Shown: one piece after another, positions 30,661 to 39,702 of the stretch
How the letters are laid out: each line of letters starts with the position of its first letter
Position numbering within the stretch: position 1 is the stretch's first letter
Virus record (IMG/VR): IMGVR_UViG_3300025818_000017
Source: a virus
Direction: 5' to 3' (one strand)
Length of the DNA stretch: 64,000 nucleotides
Translations under genes and position numbers: made by a program
Notes under the pieces: model-generated
What the model saw: the letters and a program-made list of their open reading frames with translations, nothing else
Databases searched by the model: none
Told to the model about the DNA's origin: nothing

Positions 30661-30896
30661 TTAAAGTATATACAAAAACAACATGCCCACACTGTGTAGA
30701 GACTAAGCATAAGCTTCAAGCGATGGGCATTGATTATGAAGAAGTGAATATTGAGAACTTACCCGAAGAACGGGAGTTCTTGATTAGTGAAGGTCATAAG
30801 TCTGTCCCGCAGATTTACATTAACGGCAAGGTAGTTCCTGGCGGCAACCAGACATTTCAAACTATGACGGAACGCCAAATCAAAGAGTGGAAATAA
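30657..30896 (+). CDS. Glutaredoxin (NrdH/NrdC-like)
   Basis: CPHC, SVPQI, GG; follows nrdB. Confidence 0.9.
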   Translation: MIKVYTKTTCPHCVETKHKLQAMGIDYEEVNIENLPEEREFLISEGHKSVPQIYINGKVVPGGNQTFQTMTERQIKEWK

Positions 30897-30903
30897 ATAA
30901 TGG

Positions 30904-31134
30904 ATGAAGTTTATGACGTTGTTGTTTCTGTTGAGCGGGTGTATACCCGCTCCACTTTCATATATGAGTTATGGGAAAACAGGACTTGATGCCATTAGTA
31001 TTATGAATGGGAACAAGACTACAACGGATGCGTTCATATCTGGAATAACCGACAAGGACTGCAATACACACCATTTATTGGATGGTGAAGATTATTGTGA
31101 AGATTTATATCTAGAAAGCATAGGAGAAGAATAA
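30904..31134 (+). CDS. Small putative lipoprotein
   Basis: Hydrophobic leader plus LSGC lipobox. Confidence 0.55.
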   Translation: MKFMTLLFLLSGCIPAPLSYMSYGKTGLDAISIMNGNKTTTDAFISGITDKDCNTHHLLDGEDYCEDLYLESIGEE

Positions 31135-31135
31135 A

Positions 31136-31471
31136 GTGTTAGTTCAAAAATATAAAGAAGGCGATATTCTTGTCTTCAAAATGCCAACAGGCGAAGAGAT
31201 TATTGCTAAACTAAAAGAAGAAAATATGGTGTCGTATGTCGTTACTAAACCGGCGACACTTATGGTTGGTGATGCTGGTAATGGGCAGATTGGTGTAGAT
31301 ATGCAACCAAGCCTATTCTGTATGGACATAAATAATACTGTAGAGATTATGAAATCAGGTGTCCTTATGGTAACAAAAGTTCGTAAAGAACTACAAGACG
31401 CATATATCAAAAGTACATCTGGTATCCAAGTAGCAGGAGCAGGTGCATTAGATGGCCTCAAAAGCAGTTAG
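31136..31471 (+). CDS. Hypothetical protein, possible Sm-like fold
   Basis: GTG start with AGGAG SD; GEEIIAK motif. Confidence 0.6.
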   Translation: MLVQKYKEGDILVFKMPTGEEIIAKLKEENMVSYVVTKPATLMVGDAGNGQIGVDMQPSLFCMDINNTVEIMKSGVLMVTKVRKELQDAYIKSTSGIQVAGAGALDGLKSS

Positions 31472-31739
31472 AAGAGGTGATGTAAATTCAGCAGGTGGAG
31501 CAACTACCACTGGTTCTAAGAAAGTCACTGTGAATGGAAGACCATTATGCTATCCGGGAATTCGGGTAACACCGCATCCTTGTTGTGGTAGGCCTGGATG
31601 TGGTATTCACTGTTCGGCATCAACATCGGGCGGCAGTAAGAAGGTTACTGTTGAGGGAAAGCCTGTTATTCGGGTTGTCGATGTTGATACTTGTGGGCAT
31701 CCTCGTGCTACTGGTAGTCATAACGTGATTATAGCGTAG
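31452..31739 (+). CDS. PAAR-domain spike tip (gp5.4-like)
   Basis: AVRRGD, GSKKVTVNGRP repeats, Cys/His Zn ligands, CGH. Confidence 0.9.
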   Translation: MASKAVRRGDVNSAGGATTTGSKKVTVNGRPLCYPGIRVTPHPCCGRPGCGIHCSASTSGGSKKVTVEGKPVIRVVDVDTCGHPRATGSHNVIIA

Positions 31740-31748
31740 GAGTAGAAG

Positions 31749-33545
31749 ATGGCGTGTCCTGGTGTAGGAATGACTGCTGCTGGTTTTGGTTTTGCCGCTG
31801 GTGCTATGAGCGGTGGTGGTGGTATGTTTAGTAAAATGACATCGATTGCTACTAATGCCGGCGGTTCCCTAAGTCCAACAGCAGCATTGGGGGGTATTGC
31901 TAAAGCAGCAGCATCTGTCGGTGATCATGTTGGTGATCCTTTGCAATATATTCCGGCAAGCGCCGCAGCCGCTGTTGCTGCTATTCCTGGTGCTAACGCT
32001 GTAAAAGCCGCACTTACTGGTGCCGCCCCCGCCGCATTCGCTGGTGCTATGACTAATCCAAGTGATATGCTTTCTTCTCTCGCAAGCCACGCAACAACAT
32101 ACTTACCCGGTGATATGAGTTCTGCTATCCAGATTGCTCAACAAGCATTGTCGTTTAGTGAAGCAAGTATTGATATGATGCCTAATCTTACACGAGCATT
32201 AAATACAGGCTTTGGGGAGATTGCTGGAACACTTACTGACTTTACGGACGGTGGGTTTCTTGGAGAAGCATTTAATAACTTTAACGATGTGATTTCTAAC
32301 GGTCTGGGTAGTCTTACTGATGGTATAGGTGGTTCTCTAACTGAACTTGGTTCATCTTTCGCTAGTTTGGGTAAGTTTGGTGATATGGCTGATATTGGTA
32401 ATCTAATGAAACCTGGTCAAATAGCTTCGCAACTATTATCAAATGATTTAGGTGATATTGGTGGCTTTGCTAATAAGTTACTTGAGAACGGCATTCCTTT
32501 AGATGATTTAACCAACGGTATATATCAAGATAAAATCCAAGGCATTATGAACGGTATGACTAATGTACAGGACTTGATTGATATCAAACAGGTTATGGGG
32601 TCAAGCATCAATCTAAACTCATTAGGTGATGTAACAAACTTCCAAAATGTTCTTGGTTCTGCGGTTGGTAAATCCTTTAGTGACTTTGGTGAAATGGCTG
32701 AAAAGTTCACTTCCATAGAAGTAGGAAAGTTGGCTAATGTGGGCGAGCTTGGTGAAATGATGAGCGAAATGGTTGATTCGACTGACCTGAACTATGTTAT
32801 GGCTGAAACAGGTTTCTTATCACAAGCTAACTTTGATGTTCTTTCTGGTATCTACGGTAATGGTTCTGGTCCAGATGGTTCTGTTCTTATGCGTGATATG
32901 TTGGGAACAAGTGCTGGTTACGGACACGAAGTTTTCCTTGATAGTTATAAGCAAGGAATGGATATACTGGACAGTGATGGTACAACAGGCACACTTGCTA
33001 CAATGTATGATGAACTAACCGCTGGTCTAAATGGTGATTACTTGGATGTTCCTGGAGATTTTGGTGGTAGTGTTGATATTACAGACCCACGTTCAGGTAG
33101 TGTATTCACAGAAATGGAAGCATTTGTTACAGCAAAAACAGCACAAATCAGTAGCGAACTAAATGGTATTGTCAATAGTGTATCTACGAATACACAAGAA
33201 CTACTAACAGTTGTTGGTAATAACTGGAATACAAGCGCGGCACAGTTGGATAAAGAAGTATCAAACTTGAGTTTGTCTGATGTTGATGTAAGTCTTGTTA
33301 CTGCTGGGCACAAAGGAAGCATTCTTTCATTTGCCCAGCAACTAAACCAATACGGAGCAGATGTTAAAAATAAAGGTGAGTTTTTTGCGAAGACAGCACA
33401 AAATAACCTTACTGGTGATTTCCTAAAACTAGCATTGCGCGAAGGACAAAATAGAGCATTACTAAACGCTAATGATGTGAAATATACTGCCGCCTTGGTA
33501 GACGAAGAAGAAGATATTGAGCCATTTGACACTAGTGTTGGATAA
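31749..33545 (+). CDS. Large Gly/Ala-rich putative virion (baseplate/tail) protein
   Basis: Follows PAAR gene; composition. Confidence 0.5.
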   Translation: MACPGVGMTAAGFGFAAGAMSGGGGMFSKMTSIATNAGGSLSPTAALGGIAKAAASVGDHVGDPLQYIPASAAAAVAAIPGANAVKAALTGAAPAAFAGAMTNPSDMLSSLASHATTYLPGDMSSAIQIAQQALSFSEASIDMMPNLTRALNTGFGEIAGTLTDFTDGGFLGEAFNNFNDVISNGLGSLTDGIGGSLTELGSSFASLGKFGDMADIGNLMKPGQIASQLLSNDLGDIGGFANKLLENGIPLDDLTNGIYQDKIQGIMNGMTNVQDLIDIKQVMGSSINLNSLGDVTNFQNVLGSAVGKSFSDFGEMAEKFTSIEVGKLANVGELGEMMSEMVDSTDLNYVMAETGFLSQANFDVLSGIYGNGSGPDGSVLMRDMLGTSAGYGHEVFLDSYKQGMDILDSDGTTGTLATMYDELTAGLNGDYLDVPGDFGGSVDITDPRSGSVFTEMEAFVTAKTAQISSELNGIVNSVSTNTQELLTVVGNNWNTSAAQLDKEVSNLSLSDVDVSLVTAGHKGSILSFAQQLNQYGADVKNKGEFFAKTAQNNLTGDFLKLALREGQNRALLNANDVKYTAALVDEEEDIEPFDTSVG

Positions 33546-33632
33546 TATATAGACATATTCTTTTTCATGAACCAATAAATAATAGTAGATATTATTCAAT
33601 AATATCACTAACAAATAAGCGCAGAGGCGATA

Positions 33633-33890
33633 GTGATGAGTGAAAGAAGAGGCCACAGTAGAAGGCAACCCGATAGTTCACAAGAGAACCATACGGATTT
33701 GTATTCACTGCTTGCAAGGATTGATGAGAGAACTCTAGACCTTGGCAAGAGGCTTGACCATTTAGATAAAAGATTAGAAGAATACATTACAAGGCACGAG
33801 TTTACGCCTGTAAAACTCATAGCATATGGGTTTTCGGGTATCGTGTTCACATCCGTTGTCGCTGCCCTAGTAGCAACGGTGTTGACATAA
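33633..33890 (+). CDS. Coiled-coil protein with C-terminal TM segment (holin/XhlA-like)
   Basis: Coiled coil followed by one hydrophobic helix. Confidence 0.45.
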   Translation: MMSERRGHSRRQPDSSQENHTDLYSLLARIDERTLDLGKRLDHLDKRLEEYITRHEFTPVKLIAYGFSGIVFTSVVAALVATVLT

Positions 33891-34096
33891 TGTGTAGAAA
33901 AGTATCAGACGTAAATCTAAAATCCCCATCCCATATGTATGCTATAACATTAGTAGTCGGAACGTGGCTTGCCTGTTCTAGTATTGCTGGCGCATTTGCG
34001 GTAGATTATAATGGTATGCGAACATCTGTGACGCATATGATTTCCGAAAAAATATCAAAAAAACCTATTGACATGGACTACCACGACGATATATAA
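33890..34096 (+). CDS. Small membrane protein
   Basis: One hydrophobic segment; coupled ORF. Confidence 0.5.
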   Translation: MCRKVSDVNLKSPSHMYAITLVVGTWLACSSIAGAFAVDYNGMRTSVTHMISEKISKKPIDMDYHDDI

Positions 34097-34104
34097 TAAA
34101 TACA

Positions 34105-34372
34105 TTAGAACGTTGAAGCAAACTCAACGCTATACTGGACGGGGATGCAATTTCCCCCCGGTCCACAAAGCACATTTTGCGGAGTGTTCTTTGTGGGCCG
34201 GATATTTAGGATCGACAGGTAGTTAATAGGTAAGTGGAGTTCTCGGTAGGCGATGACCGTAAATCAAGCAAACACAATAAACGCAGCATCTAACGATAAT
34301 GCTATTGAGGATATCCGCCTAGCGGCATAATCTTCTTGGGTTCGGTGGGTTCCTAGAAACAGAATACCCACC
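34105..34372 (+). ncRNA. ssrA: Two-piece (circularly permuted) tmRNA
   Basis: T-arm GGGGA-TGCAATT-TCCCC (34141-57), acceptor 3' strand CCGGTCC-A (34158-65), self-paired intervening segment, then 5' strand GGGCCGG (34195-201) with G3-U70, AGGATCGAC, tag ORF, terminal hairpin. Confidence 0.9.
34283..34330 (+). other. tmRNA tag reading frame AASNDNAIEDIRLAA*
   Basis: ATAAAC-GCA resume context; SNDN core and LAA-stop degron. Confidence 0.85.
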
Positions 34373-34628
34373 ATTTTATTATTGACAAACTAAAGTAACT
34401 ATAGTATAATGGTCTATGAAATACAGTAAAAACTCAAGTATAAAGGGAGTTGATACTATGTCGTAGATAAATACTTACAAGTCGTAAGACGGAATATATG
34501 ATATATTATGGGGCTGATCCCTACAGTCTATAGTTTAGGCAAAGTGTCCTAATCAAAGAGGTGTTTATTATAGTATATATGAAAGAATACATATACTAAA
34601 AATGTAGAGTTTCTAGTATATTTTAGTC

Positions 34629-34659
34629 AAAAGGGAGACTAAAAATAGTCTCCCTTTTT
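34629..34659 (+). terminator. Terminator, possibly bidirectional
   Basis: AAAAGGGAGACTA-aaaa-TAGTCTCCCTTTT. Confidence 0.85.
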
Positions 34660-34723
34660 ACTTGACTGATACCATATTATATGGTATAATCATCCATCAA
34701 CATTTATTACAGAGGAGTCCAAA

Positions 34724-34945
34724 ATGGCTAAAGGAAAAAAACCATCAGGTAAGACTTACGTATCAAAGGGTGAACGCCGCAATGTAGCAAAGTCAATTAC
34801 GAAGGCGATGAAGCGTGAGCGTACTGGTGGTGAAAAGATGATGTATGCTTTGGAAGCATATAAGAAGGGTTTCAAGGTCAAAAAGTTTGGTTTTGATAGC
34901 CTTCCAGAATATCGTTTCAACCGCTATGGCGGAACAAAAAAGTAA
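34724..34945 (+). CDS. Small basic hypothetical protein
   Basis: TTGACT-N17-TATAAT promoter and GAGGAG SD. Confidence 0.7.
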   Translation: MAKGKKPSGKTYVSKGERRNVAKSITKAMKRERTGGEKMMYALEAYKKGFKVKKFGFDSLPEYRFNRYGGTKK

Positions 34946-34991
34946 AATAATATATTGACATATCACAGGAATGTGGTATAGTAAATATATG

Positions 34992-35696
34992 ATGTACTCA
35001 CCAAAGAAAATAGTCTTGCTTCTTACAGCAAGCTTTGTAGTTGGAGCAGTATCCGCCAAAATGTTTTCGGAAAAGGCTACTGCTTCTATTCCCGATGACG
35101 CTCCTGTTATTGAAGCAGTTCCTATTGAGCGTGTATTGGAAGTAGGACCGTTAAAGGCTACTGCTTCTATTCCAGATAACGCTCCTGTTATTGAAGCAGT
35201 TCCCGTTCAACGTGTGTTTGAAATAGGACCGTTACCAGAACCGTTTCCTTGGGAAGAAACAAAGGGAACAATCCTTGATTGCGAACAGGAACGCCAGAGT
35301 GAGCGTATTGCTTTGGCTTGTAATATCTATCACGAAGCCCGTGGTGAAACTCTTAAAGGTCAAGTTGCCGTTGCTTTGGTGACTCGTAATCGTGTGAAAT
35401 CTGAAAAATACCCCGATAGCTATAGTGAAGTGGTTTGGGAAATCCGCCGTTCAGCCAAAACCAAACGCCGTGTAGCACAGTTCTCTTGGGCGTTGGATGG
35501 TAAGCATGATAGGATTTACGATATTCAATCATGGAGAACTGCTTGGGAAATCGCGGGTGATGTTATTGCTGGTAAGTATAAAGACTTTACCAATGGTTCT
35601 TTATGGTATCACGCCAAGAAGGTGAAACCAGTATGGCGTAAAAAGTTTGAGGTTGCTGCGGTTATTGGAGAACATATCTTTTATCGCAAAAAGTAA
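34992..35696 (+). CDS. Cell wall hydrolase, SleB/Hydrolase_2 family, with N-terminal signal/TM
   Basis: LACNIYHEARGE..GQVAVA.V..NRV, QFSW, IGEHIFY. Confidence 0.9.
   Translation: MYSPKKIVLLLTASFVVGAVSAKMFSEKATASIPDDAPVIEAVPIERVLEVGPLKATASIPDNAPVIEAVPVQRVFEIGPLPEPFPWEETKGTILDCEQERQSERIALACNIYHEARGETLKGQVAVALVTRNRVKSEKYPDSYSEVVWEIRRSAKTKRRVAQFSWALDGKHDRIYDIQSWRTAWEIAGDVIAGKYKDFTNGSLWYHAKKVKPVWRKKFEVAAVIGEHIFYRKK
35073..35234 (+). repeat. Two 81-bp tandem repeats (27 aa) in the hydrolase linker
   Basis: KATASIPDDAPVIEAVPIERVLEVGPL / KATASIPDNAPVIEAVPVQRVFEIGPL. Confidence 0.9.
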
Positions 35697-35707
35697 TAAA
35701 TAACTTT

Positions 35708-36415
35708 ATGTTATTGAATGAACTTTTTAATAAAACGCAGACTTTCGTAGTTGAAGGCGGGAAAGTGTTCAAGGATGCAGATAAAAATCCGCTGACACAA
35801 CGTATTAATCGTGATGACGTAGAACCAACTGTTCGCTGGTTAGAAGATTTAACTGGTCTAAGTTTAGTTGACAATATGCTAGGCACCACTGGCAAAAAAG
35901 ACACAAGTGGCGATTTAGATTTAGCAGTTGATGAAAATGAAATAGATAAAGATACACTAGTAAAAATTCTTTTACAAAAAGGTGTTGATAAAACAGACAT
36001 CAAGAAGAGTGGCGACAATGTGCATTATAAGACGCCAATAAATGGTGAACCAGTCAATGGATATGTACAAACCGATTTTATGTTTGGTAATCCACAGTGG
36101 CAAAAGTTTAGTATGCAAGGCAGTGGTGAAGAAAGTAAGTTCAAAGGTGTTCATAGACACATTCTTCTATCAAGCATTGCGAAAACTATGGGATATAAGT
36201 GGAGTTACAAGAACGGTCTTGTTGACAGAGAAACCAATGCTGTTCTTGATGGCGGCAAAAACCCCGTAATAATTAGCAAGACTTTAGGTATTCCTATTCA
36301 GAATCTAAATGATGTTGATGGTATTATCACGGCTATAAAAGACCGACCAAATTATCAAGAGTTAGTAGCAGACGCCAGAGAAACTTTTGCAAGAGACAAT
36401 CTGGAACTGCCATGA
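35708..36415 (+). CDS. Pol-beta-superfamily nucleotidyltransferase
   Basis: LGTTG..SGDLDLAVD and VQTDFM. Confidence 0.7.
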   Translation: MLLNELFNKTQTFVVEGGKVFKDADKNPLTQRINRDDVEPTVRWLEDLTGLSLVDNMLGTTGKKDTSGDLDLAVDENEIDKDTLVKILLQKGVDKTDIKKSGDNVHYKTPINGEPVNGYVQTDFMFGNPQWQKFSMQGSGEESKFKGVHRHILLSSIAKTMGYKWSYKNGLVDRETNAVLDGGKNPVIISKTLGIPIQNLNDVDGIITAIKDRPNYQELVADARETFARDNLELP

Positions 36416-37557
36416 GATTTTTTGAATTCGCCAATCCACTCGTAGAGGATGAACTACTTATGGAAGCTGCCCGTATCCAACACGCAGAAGATGTTGTTTT
36501 TTGGGAAGGAAGTAAGGGTGCAATAAGAGCATTGCATAGTTTGAGAAATATGGACAAAGGCTCCCATAAAGATACTACTATAAAGTGGGATGGTAGTCCT
36601 GCTGTTATTTTCGGGCGTGATGAAGAAGGTAACTTTATCTTCACTGATAAATCAGGTTTTACCGCAAAAGGTTATGATGGTAAGGCAAAGAGTGCAGAAC
36701 ATCTAGAAAAAATGCTAACGAGCCGCCCCGGTTTCGCCAAAAATCCAAAAGGGTATGGTCCATTTATTGCTGCAATGAAATCTGCCTACAATAGTTTTGA
36801 AAGAGCAGTTCCGTTGGATTACCGTGGATTCTTCAAAGGAGACATGCTTTATTTCACTACACCGAAAGTAAAGAATGGCGAATACGTTTTCACTCCAAAC
36901 ATCGTAACGTATAGCGTTGACGTAGACAGTGAGCTAGGAAACAAAATAGGTAAAAGTGTAGCTGGTGTAGTTATTCATAGACAAGTTGGGCCAGATGGAA
37001 CAGAAAGTCCATTGGATGGATATGACATATTCCAAGGCGAAGAAGTTTTGGTTGTCCCACCGGTTACCGTTGAAAAGGAACCATTTGTTCCACATGATAG
37101 CTTGAATATATTAGAGAAGATTATTAAGAAAGATGCGGCGGCGATTGATACAATGCTTGACACTGATACGTTACGTGCTTTGAAGATAACTGATTTCCCC
37201 CAAGTCTTGTATGCCTATACCAATAGTAAAGTCGATACAGGTCTTACCGAAATGGGCAAGGATTTTGGTGCGTGGCTAAAGAACTCGAAACTAAGTGAAC
37301 GAAAGAAACAAAATATCGCCCAATACATTTCCGAAAATAGTGCTGGATGGAAAGCATTATGGGAAGTTGTCGGTGGCATTATGAAAGCAAAAGACGAAAT
37401 AATCTATGATATCGATTCACAAGGTAGTACTGTCAAACAAAGCATTGCTGGACAAGGCGGCGGCGAAGGTTATGTCTTAGCCCATCCAGAAGGCGATATA
37501 AAACTAGTCCCGCGAGAATACTTCTCAAAAGCAAACCGTGCAGCAAGGATGACATAA
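36412..37557 (+). CDS. Ligase-like nucleotidyltransferase (DUF6267-like)
   Basis: TIKWDGSP (KxDG motif I), FKGDML, GEGYV, IKLV. Confidence 0.6.
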   Translation: MRFFEFANPLVEDELLMEAARIQHAEDVVFWEGSKGAIRALHSLRNMDKGSHKDTTIKWDGSPAVIFGRDEEGNFIFTDKSGFTAKGYDGKAKSAEHLEKMLTSRPGFAKNPKGYGPFIAAMKSAYNSFERAVPLDYRGFFKGDMLYFTTPKVKNGEYVFTPNIVTYSVDVDSELGNKIGKSVAGVVIHRQVGPDGTESPLDGYDIFQGEEVLVVPPVTVEKEPFVPHDSLNILEKIIKKDAAAIDTMLDTDTLRALKITDFPQVLYAYTNSKVDTGLTEMGKDFGAWLKNSKLSERKKQNIAQYISENSAGWKALWEVVGGIMKAKDEIIYDIDSQGSTVKQSIAGQGGGEGYVLAHPEGDIKLVPREYFSKANRAARMT

Positions 37558-37558
37558 A

Positions 37559-38197
37559 ATGAGCGACATTTCATACTTACGCAAACTAATGGATGCGGTT
37601 GAAAACCCGTCAAAGATTATTGCTATCTATCCTGGTCGCTTTCATCCTTTCCACAAGGGACACGCAAGCGTATATGATTTCCTCGTTCAAAACTATGGCG
37701 ATGCTTATATCGCAACATCAGCAAAGGTAGACCCACCAAAATCCCCATTCACATTTGACGAAAAGAAAATGATGATGGAGTTTTCTGGTGTCCCAGCCGA
37801 TAAAATCGTTCAGTGCCGCCAACCATATGTTCCAGTAGAAATCTTACAAAACTTTGATGAAACTGTTGATAAGGTTGTATTTGCTGTATCACAGAAGGAT
37901 ATGGACGAAGACCCACGTTTCCAGTTCAAGCCAAAGCGTGATGGTTCAGCACCATATTTCCAGCCTTGGACTGACGATGAAAGTATGCAACCGTTCAGTA
38001 AGCACGGTTATATTCGTGTAGCACCTACACTGGACTTTGATGTATTGGGTGAGCCAATGCGTTCCGCTACACAGTTGAGGGCACAGTTCGCCCAAGCAGA
38101 TGGCGACACACAAAAAGCAATCATTGAAGACCTTTATGGTTCTTATGACGAAACCATCCATAAGATTATGTATATCAAACTAAAAGGAATGAGATAA
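37559..38197 (+). CDS. Cytidylyltransferase-like (HxGH) nucleotidyltransferase
   Basis: YPGRFHPFHKGH, SPFTFDEK, SATQLR. Confidence 0.8.
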   Translation: MSDISYLRKLMDAVENPSKIIAIYPGRFHPFHKGHASVYDFLVQNYGDAYIATSAKVDPPKSPFTFDEKKMMMEFSGVPADKIVQCRQPYVPVEILQNFDETVDKVVFAVSQKDMDEDPRFQFKPKRDGSAPYFQPWTDDESMQPFSKHGYIRVAPTLDFDVLGEPMRSATQLRAQFAQADGDTQKAIIEDLYGSYDETIHKIMYIKLKGMR

Positions 38198-38892
38198 TGA
38201 GACTTCACGAAATCACCGAAGGCATCCTTGATCCAGATCAAGAGTTTATGCAGCGTTTCACATACGCTGTTGAGGACGCCGCACGTGAATACGCAGAGTT
38301 TCTAAAAGACAATAACGACCAAGACGATCCAGAAGAACTTGCTTCTATCCTTGAAACATTCTTTGAGGAAGAAGACCTACCCATTACCGTTCATGTTGGT
38401 GAGTCTGGACGAAATGCTGTTGATTGGTATATCCAAGCCGCACAAGTCACAGGTAGTGGCGAAATGGACCTGATACTTGACCCTGATAGTATTGATGGGC
38501 ATTGGGGTCCAGAAACATTCATTGATGTGATGACGAAAACATTTGAGCATGAAACAATCCATCTACAACAGCGTGATCGTATGGGTGCAGACAAATATAA
38601 CAAACTACCATCTGGCTATATGAAAGGTCTAAAGAAGGCAGAAAAAACAGGTAAAGAGCGTGACCTTATGAGAACCTATTTCCGTGACCCACAAGAGTTG
38701 ATGGCACACGGACACGACATTTACCGTGAAGTTATCAAACTTTCTGATCCAGAAGCGGTATTACGAAACCCCGAAAAACACCGTGAAGACCTACCAACAT
38801 ACGACAAACACCGCCAAATCTTCCCACCAAACGCCAAACCTTTACAGCGTATGATGAAATACGCCTATCAATATTTCCAAAAAAACGCTTGA
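38197..38892 (+). CDS. HExxH zincin-like protein
   Basis: EHETIHLQQ and downstream YF.DPQE.MAH. Confidence 0.55.
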   Translation: MRLHEITEGILDPDQEFMQRFTYAVEDAAREYAEFLKDNNDQDDPEELASILETFFEEEDLPITVHVGESGRNAVDWYIQAAQVTGSGEMDLILDPDSIDGHWGPETFIDVMTKTFEHETIHLQQRDRMGADKYNKLPSGYMKGLKKAEKTGKERDLMRTYFRDPQELMAHGHDIYREVIKLSDPEAVLRNPEKHREDLPTYDKHRQIFPPNAKPLQRMMKYAYQYFQKNA

Positions 38893-38916
38893 CATAATCA
38901 TAATCTGTGCTATACT
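38889..38916 (+). promoter_or_regulatory. sigma70-like early promoter
   Basis: TTGACA-N16-TATACT. Confidence 0.8.
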
Positions 38917-38940
38917 GTATACAGATTGATGGAGATATCT

Positions 38941-39225
38941 ATGTGGAATGAACCCCCCAACAGCTTTACTTTCTGTGACGAGAATGCTTCCCCCGAAGAT
39001 GTGGAACTGTTTCTTGGTCCTGATCCCGAAGAAAAAACCACCTTCATTCGTTTTGGTGAAGACTTCACGATGGCTGATGTAGCCGTCGCCACGGGCAAGT
39101 TCCCGTCCAAATCACAGGCTCGTAAGAATGGTTGGGATGGTGATATCCCCACTGGTTTCACTGAAAAAACTCTTGGTAAGAACGCCAAGAAGGTTCACAT
39201 CTGGATTTTCAAGAAGTTCGACTAA
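38941..39225 (+). CDS. S4-like RNA-binding domain protein
   Basis: MADVAVATGKFPSKSQARK resembles the S4/TyrRS C-terminal helix pair. Confidence 0.45.
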   Translation: MWNEPPNSFTFCDENASPEDVELFLGPDPEEKTTFIRFGEDFTMADVAVATGKFPSKSQARKNGWDGDIPTGFTEKTLGKNAKKVHIWIFKKFD

Positions 39226-39464
39226 TGCCACTTGACCTTCACGGATATCACACCCACGATGGCTGGAAACGCTTTATGGATGAAGTGGATGATGCCTATG
39301 ATCGTGGTGTAAAATCATTCAAAGTGATCACTGGCAAAGGTCAGATGCGTGTAGAGTTTCGCATTTGGGCAGAGAACCATTCTAAAGTGCGTAAAGTTGA
39401 ACTGAACAAAGATGGCGGAAGTTTCAAAGTAACATTACGCAAAAAACCACTTGACAAATCCTAA
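39225..39464 (+). CDS. Stand-alone Smr domain protein
   Basis: LDLHG and VITGKG motifs, 79 aa. Confidence 0.85.
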   Translation: MPLDLHGYHTHDGWKRFMDEVDDAYDRGVKSFKVITGKGQMRVEFRIWAENHSKVRKVELNKDGGSFKVTLRKKPLDKS

Positions 39465-39478
39465 ATCTGTGCTATGAT
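39451..39478 (+). promoter_or_regulatory. sigma70-like promoter overlapping a late TAAATA
   Basis: TTGACA-N16-TATGAT followed by ATAAATA. Confidence 0.7.
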
Positions 39479-39501
39479 AAATACATAGTCAGGAGAAAAC
39501 A

Positions 39502-39702
39502 ATGATTGAAGTCAAAGTAAAGAATGTTGTCAACGAAGCCACTGGTGAAGTGGAAGAAGTTATCGTCAATGAAGAAGAAGTTGCCGCTTACCTTGCTGAA
39601 TCCGAAAAGGGCATTGAGGAAGCGGAAGTTATTGCTCCTGAGAACTTCTTAGAACATACCCGTAGCCGCATCGCAGAGCGCCGTAAGCAACTTGGAAAAT
39701 AA
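39502..39702 (+). CDS. Small acidic protein
   Basis: AGGAG SD; E-rich. Confidence 0.7.
   Translation: MIEVKVKNVVNEATGEVEEVIVNEEEVAAYLAESEKGIEEAEVIAPENFLEHTRSRIAERRKQLGK

Noticed and set aside
34141-34165. T-arm and acceptor-like sequence as a tRNA gene
   Set aside because: No anticodon arm; it is the acceptor piece of the permuted tmRNA. No canonical tRNA was recognised in the window.
34510-34520. GGGGCTGAT, matching the 5' end of standard one-piece tmRNAs
   Set aside because: Not followed by GGATTCGAC, a tag frame or a matching 3' acceptor strand; treated as coincidence.
37559-38197. Calling the HxGH enzyme part of a known NAD-reconstitution (NARP) pathway
   Set aside because: No PRPP-synthetase-like or Nampt-like partner is visible in the window; the substrate cannot be assigned from motifs.
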